From Bilabrum cf. latius (lineage: Eukaryota), in the NCBI GenBank assembly GCA_965178125.1, contig OZ237759.1:496001-560000 (forward strand): a DNA stretch of 64,000 bases. The letters run 5' to 3'. The position numbers and the translations under genes were made by a program. The notes beneath the pieces were generated by a model. The model ran no database searches, was not told the origin of the DNA, and saw nothing but the letters and a program-made list of their open reading frames with translations. This document shows, piece by piece, positions 60,210 through 64,000 of the stretch. Position 1 is the first letter of the stretch. The number at the start of each line of letters is the position of its first letter.

Positions 60210-63200
60210 TCAAACAGTCTCAGCCGCGCTGGCCATGCCATCCCCTATGCCACTGCTCTCTTTGGCACGACCATTGGTTACAGCTTCCTTGTTGCGTCTC
60301 CCACGCCCTTCGCGTGCAGGGACCCTCTCATCATCGGCAGCAGTCTCGCTTCCATCCGCATCCGCATCCGATCGAGCTGCCTGCCTAGTTCTAGACTACC
60401 CCGGAGATGTTACGCCGCGATCTGATTCGTTCGCGTGCCCGTTGTGCGATCCACGGTCATCACCCTGCACTGCACCGCCATGCAGCGCACCATTACCCTC
60501 CTCATCTGCATTGCCGTGAAGTCCCCACGGCCTCTGCTCTGGGCCAAGCTCGGCAAGCAGCAGCGGTAGCAGCACCATGCCATGCACTAAGCCGAACCCA
60601 ACCATCAGCGCAAACATCTTAAACAGCGTCTAGAAGCCACCGCTCTGGCTGAACGCCAGCACGAAAGTCGCCAGGAGCGTAGAGAACCCCCCATTCGCCA
60701 CTGCAGCTCCAGTGATGGCCAGCGACTCGGCTGCTCGGTCCGGCTTGCTACCCGTCGCGCAGCAAAAATGCTAAGCAACGTGGGCGGAGTAGTCGCAGGC
60801 GAATCCCAGCGCCATCACTAAATTGACCAGAGTTGCCACGTTGATCGGCAGTCCAAGCACGGTCATGCCTCCGATGATATCCACGCAGGTCAGCGCCACC
60901 ACACCGGTCGTCAGCAGTGCTGCCCTCGGGGGCTGGAACATAAGCATCGAGACCAGCACGGCCCCGCCTGCCAGCAGCAGGTTCTGGATGGTAATCCGAT
61001 CGATCGCCGCATACCGCTCCAGCCACAGGAACTCCCCCATGAACGCCACCACGTCAGTATCCGATCCACCGGTGGATGGGGATCCTGCTGCCGCCGCCTG
61101 CTATCGCGCCACTCGCTGCGAAAGTTCGATCGCATCTCTGGAGTCCAGCATGCGGTCGAGTCGTTTGGGTGTGTCGGCTGGTGGCCGCACCGTGACGACC
61201 GCCCGCCACGCGAACAGAACGTAGTCTCCCCGGGCCATGGCCGCCTGGTCGACATCGGCAGCCGAAACGGAAGGGCCCAGCCTTTCGAGCGGCTGTCCAT
61301 CGGCGCCGCGCCATCTGCGGAACCTGACATCCCCTTGCAGGTCCCTCCGCTCAGAATCGACGAGCTCGAATGCGGCCTGGGCCAGTACCGTGGAGTTCCG
61401 CGCAGCCGACCCTGCAGCTCGGGCGGACTGCAGCAACACTACCGTGCGGTTGGACAGGGCAAGTACCGCTGATGCTTGTTCTATGGTACCGCTATCGCTC
61501 TCTGCAGCAGTGTCCAAAGTGACATTCCTTACCAATGGACCCAGGCCAAGGGTCAGCTGCAGCGGCATCTCAGTGGGAGGAATGGAACCGGGCACGAGGA
61601 CAGCGGCGGCAGCCTCAAGAGCTCCAGACAGACCGAGCTCATATGACGAGGCAAAATCTGTGGCAGAGACATCGCTGATATATTCGTCCGGACTGGCTAG
61701 GTCATCCATACCCGACCCCGCCTTCCCGCCCTCCTGCCCGATCGCCGCTATGGTCAGCCGGTCTGCCCCCGCCCCGAACAATTCCGCGGACATCGTCAGG
61801 TATCGGAAGGGGATGGAACCCTCGGCAAGGTACTCCTTCTCGTCTAGCCCCTTAGTGACCATAGAGGCCTGCCAGCCCGCTATTGCCGCCAGAGCCAGGA
61901 ACCCCAGGATGATGGTGCGGCGCTGGCACGGCGACCGAATGATCGGAGCCACGTGATGCCTCACGAACGCACCCAGGCAGCGCTCCCCTTCCCACGCCTG
62001 CGGGTCGTGGTCCAGCGATCCATCGGATGCTCGGTCTTGGCTAACCTGGGCCCCTTCAGCCGATGGTGTCACTGCCTCAGATTTGTCGATGCTCTGATCC
62101 GTTGAGCCTTGGGCCGGGGCTGCCTGCTTCTTGTCAAGCGAGTCGATAGCACTGTTATTCCCGCTGTCTCTTGGCGCACTGCTTGGCGCCTGCTCCTACC
62201 TCGGTTGCACCTAGCCGGGCGTGCTGCCATCTGCACCCGGTCGATCCCGTCCATCAGCACCGACGGTGTCATCATGATCACTACCTGTCCAATTGGCATC
62301 GCCTTCCTCGTCTTGCCAGTGCACGCATGGACAGCAATCGACTCGGCCGGCCATTCTCCTCCGTGAATCGAGCACCAGAGCAGCGCAGAACGCAGTGACC
62401 TGTAGCACAAGCACCGCCACCACCGCAACCGCCGAGGTGATGCAGAACTGCCTGATGGCACCAATGTCGATTGCAGTCCCAATGGCGAAGGCGAGGGCAT
62501 CAGTGATGGAAGTCAGGGTAACGCTCGGCCCTGCCTCTCTGAGCGTGCGGGCCAGGCGCAAGGCAAGGCGATTGACGAGGGCACGGTCTTTGTCGTCTGC
62601 CTCGTCTGACGACTTCGAGTGGCTGTCGCCATTTCGATGCGCTGGCTCAGCCATACCCTTGGGACACACATCCGCTGGGTCTACCTGCCGAATATGCTCT
62701 TCTTGCTTGTGCTCTGTGGGCGGTGCCCGCGCCCCATTCACGTCCGTCGCTGGATAGGTGGCATCTGGGAATTGCTGGATCCCGCTCCTGGATCTCGCGA
62801 GGCCACGGGACGATTCACCGCTTGCAATTGCAGTTGCACTCTCGGAGTGATGCTACGGACCTTCGCGTCCCCGTGCACGTGACGCTTGCGTCTCATCCTA
62901 GCCCCCCTTCTGCTGCTGCTGCTGCTGCTGCTGGGCAAGTTCCTCCTATTCATGAGCAGTGATTCGGTCCCACACAGCGGACAGAAGCAGCCCGTCGTCC
63001 ACGCCGACCGCGACCAAAACGAAAAACGCCAGCTAGCTCATTGTATTGAACGGCACGCCAAAGTATCCGCCAAGCCCAAAACTGATCGCCAGCGACCCGC
63101 CTACGCACCCTAGCACGCACACCATCGCTAGCATCACTCGGGATCGAACCGGCGGGTAGTCTCCCAGCACAAGAGCGACATACACAATCATGAGCCCCAC

Positions 63201-64000
63201 CGCAGCACCAACCAGCGGCGTGTCAGCCGCGACCATGCGATCCTACTCATCTTGGAACGTTCTGGACGCGAAGGGAAGCACGTCGATGGAGTCGACGAGC
63301 GCACTGTAGGACCGCGGGGCTACTTGGCTCCAGTCCGCTGCGAATCTCCGCAGTCCACGCGCTGCGTCCTGCCCCAGGATTGCATCCTCTGCTTGGATTG
63401 ACTCGCGGCCGTCTCCACCGCACGAGTCGGGGCCATAGGCAGGGCTGGTCCTGGCTGAGTCTTGGCTGCTGCTGCTGCTGCTGCCGTCAGGCCGGACGGG
63501 CGCCGCGCTCCCGAGGTCCATGTCAGCGGAACCGACCGACTGCGGGCTGCTCCTCCTGAGCACTTTCCTGCCGCATTCCACCGCGTCGTTGACCCTCTGG
63601 ATCCACCTCTCCTCCAGGTCGCGGACGCGGTCTCTGTCAGCCTGCGTGGGCGGTGACTCGAGCTGCAGGAGCAGCTGAGTGGCAGAGGCGCCGCGCAATT
63701 TACCGGTTCCGCTACCCCCTCCACGCTGCGCGCCACCCACCACTGCGTCCACAGGCACCGGCACTCCCTCCGGGGTTCGAAACCCGGAGGAGTCGTGCAC
63801 CGAGTGCCCCGGGGTGAGTGCAAGCCCGCCCGCACCAGCAGCATCCACGCGCCCCAGCAAGTCGGCAGATGCGAGCAGCCCAGCCACGCCGGCGTTGCCA
63901 CTACCGGGCGCACCTGCCTGGCTGCTCCCTGCCGCGGCCCCCATGGCCGCCCCGACTGACACCTCAACACAAGGGCCTCCCGCGTATGCCCTCTGACAGC
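60210..64000 (-). CDS. Patched / NPC1-like sterol-sensing-domain (RND) membrane protein, 5' end outside window
   Basis: One frame from >64000 to TGA 60212-60210 with only TAG interruptions. SSD motifs FNTMS[TAG]LAFFVLVAVGVDD and EAGPSVTLTSITDALAFAIG, IRQFC. C-terminal motifs NLVMALGFACDYSAH, NGGFSTLL and F[TAG]TLFKM...HGMVLLPLLL. Confidence 0.9.

Noticed and set aside
1-64000. Interpreting the many in-frame TAGs as mass pseudogenisation, sequencing error, pyrrolysine, or a ciliate-type UAR=Gln code
   Set aside because: The interruptions are exclusively TAG with no frameshifts, and they occur in essential genes (RFC5, COQ5) at conserved Gln sites. No pyl genes are present in the window. TAA is not found inside the reconstructed CDSs and terminates several of them.

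Overview
This is compact, GC-rich eukaryotic nuclear DNA with short GT-AG introns. It is probably from a heterotrophic protist; a Cafeteria-like bicosoecid stramenopile is my inference from gene style and the Ngaro element, and is not proven. The key result is that the window uses a non-standard genetic code in which UAG is a sense codon (Gln) while UAA and UGA remain stops. The fragmented standard-code ORFs are in-frame pieces joined by TAG. TAG sits at conserved Gln positions in RFC5 and Patched/NPC1, swaps with CAG between paralogues and repeat units, and is frequent in Gln-rich tracts. Read this way the window holds about 17 host genes: a >4,400-aa ankyrin+FN3 protein, RFC5, COQ5, a P-loop protein, a Gln-rich protein with a duplicated unknown domain, a GH123/DUF4091 hydrolase, three RBR E3 ligase paralogues, a saposin-like secreted giant, an FtsX-like permease, a PD-(D/E)xK-like protein, a DUF2905-like protein, a Patched/NPC1-like protein and several hypotheticals. 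In the RBR genes the catalytic Cys lies on an 11-nt microexon. Two mobile elements are present: a 1,623-bp recombinase-only Ngaro-type element with split direct repeats inserted in one RBR copy, and a 555-bp hAT-like MITE with an 8-bp target-site duplication. No rRNA, tRNA or CRISPR array was found.
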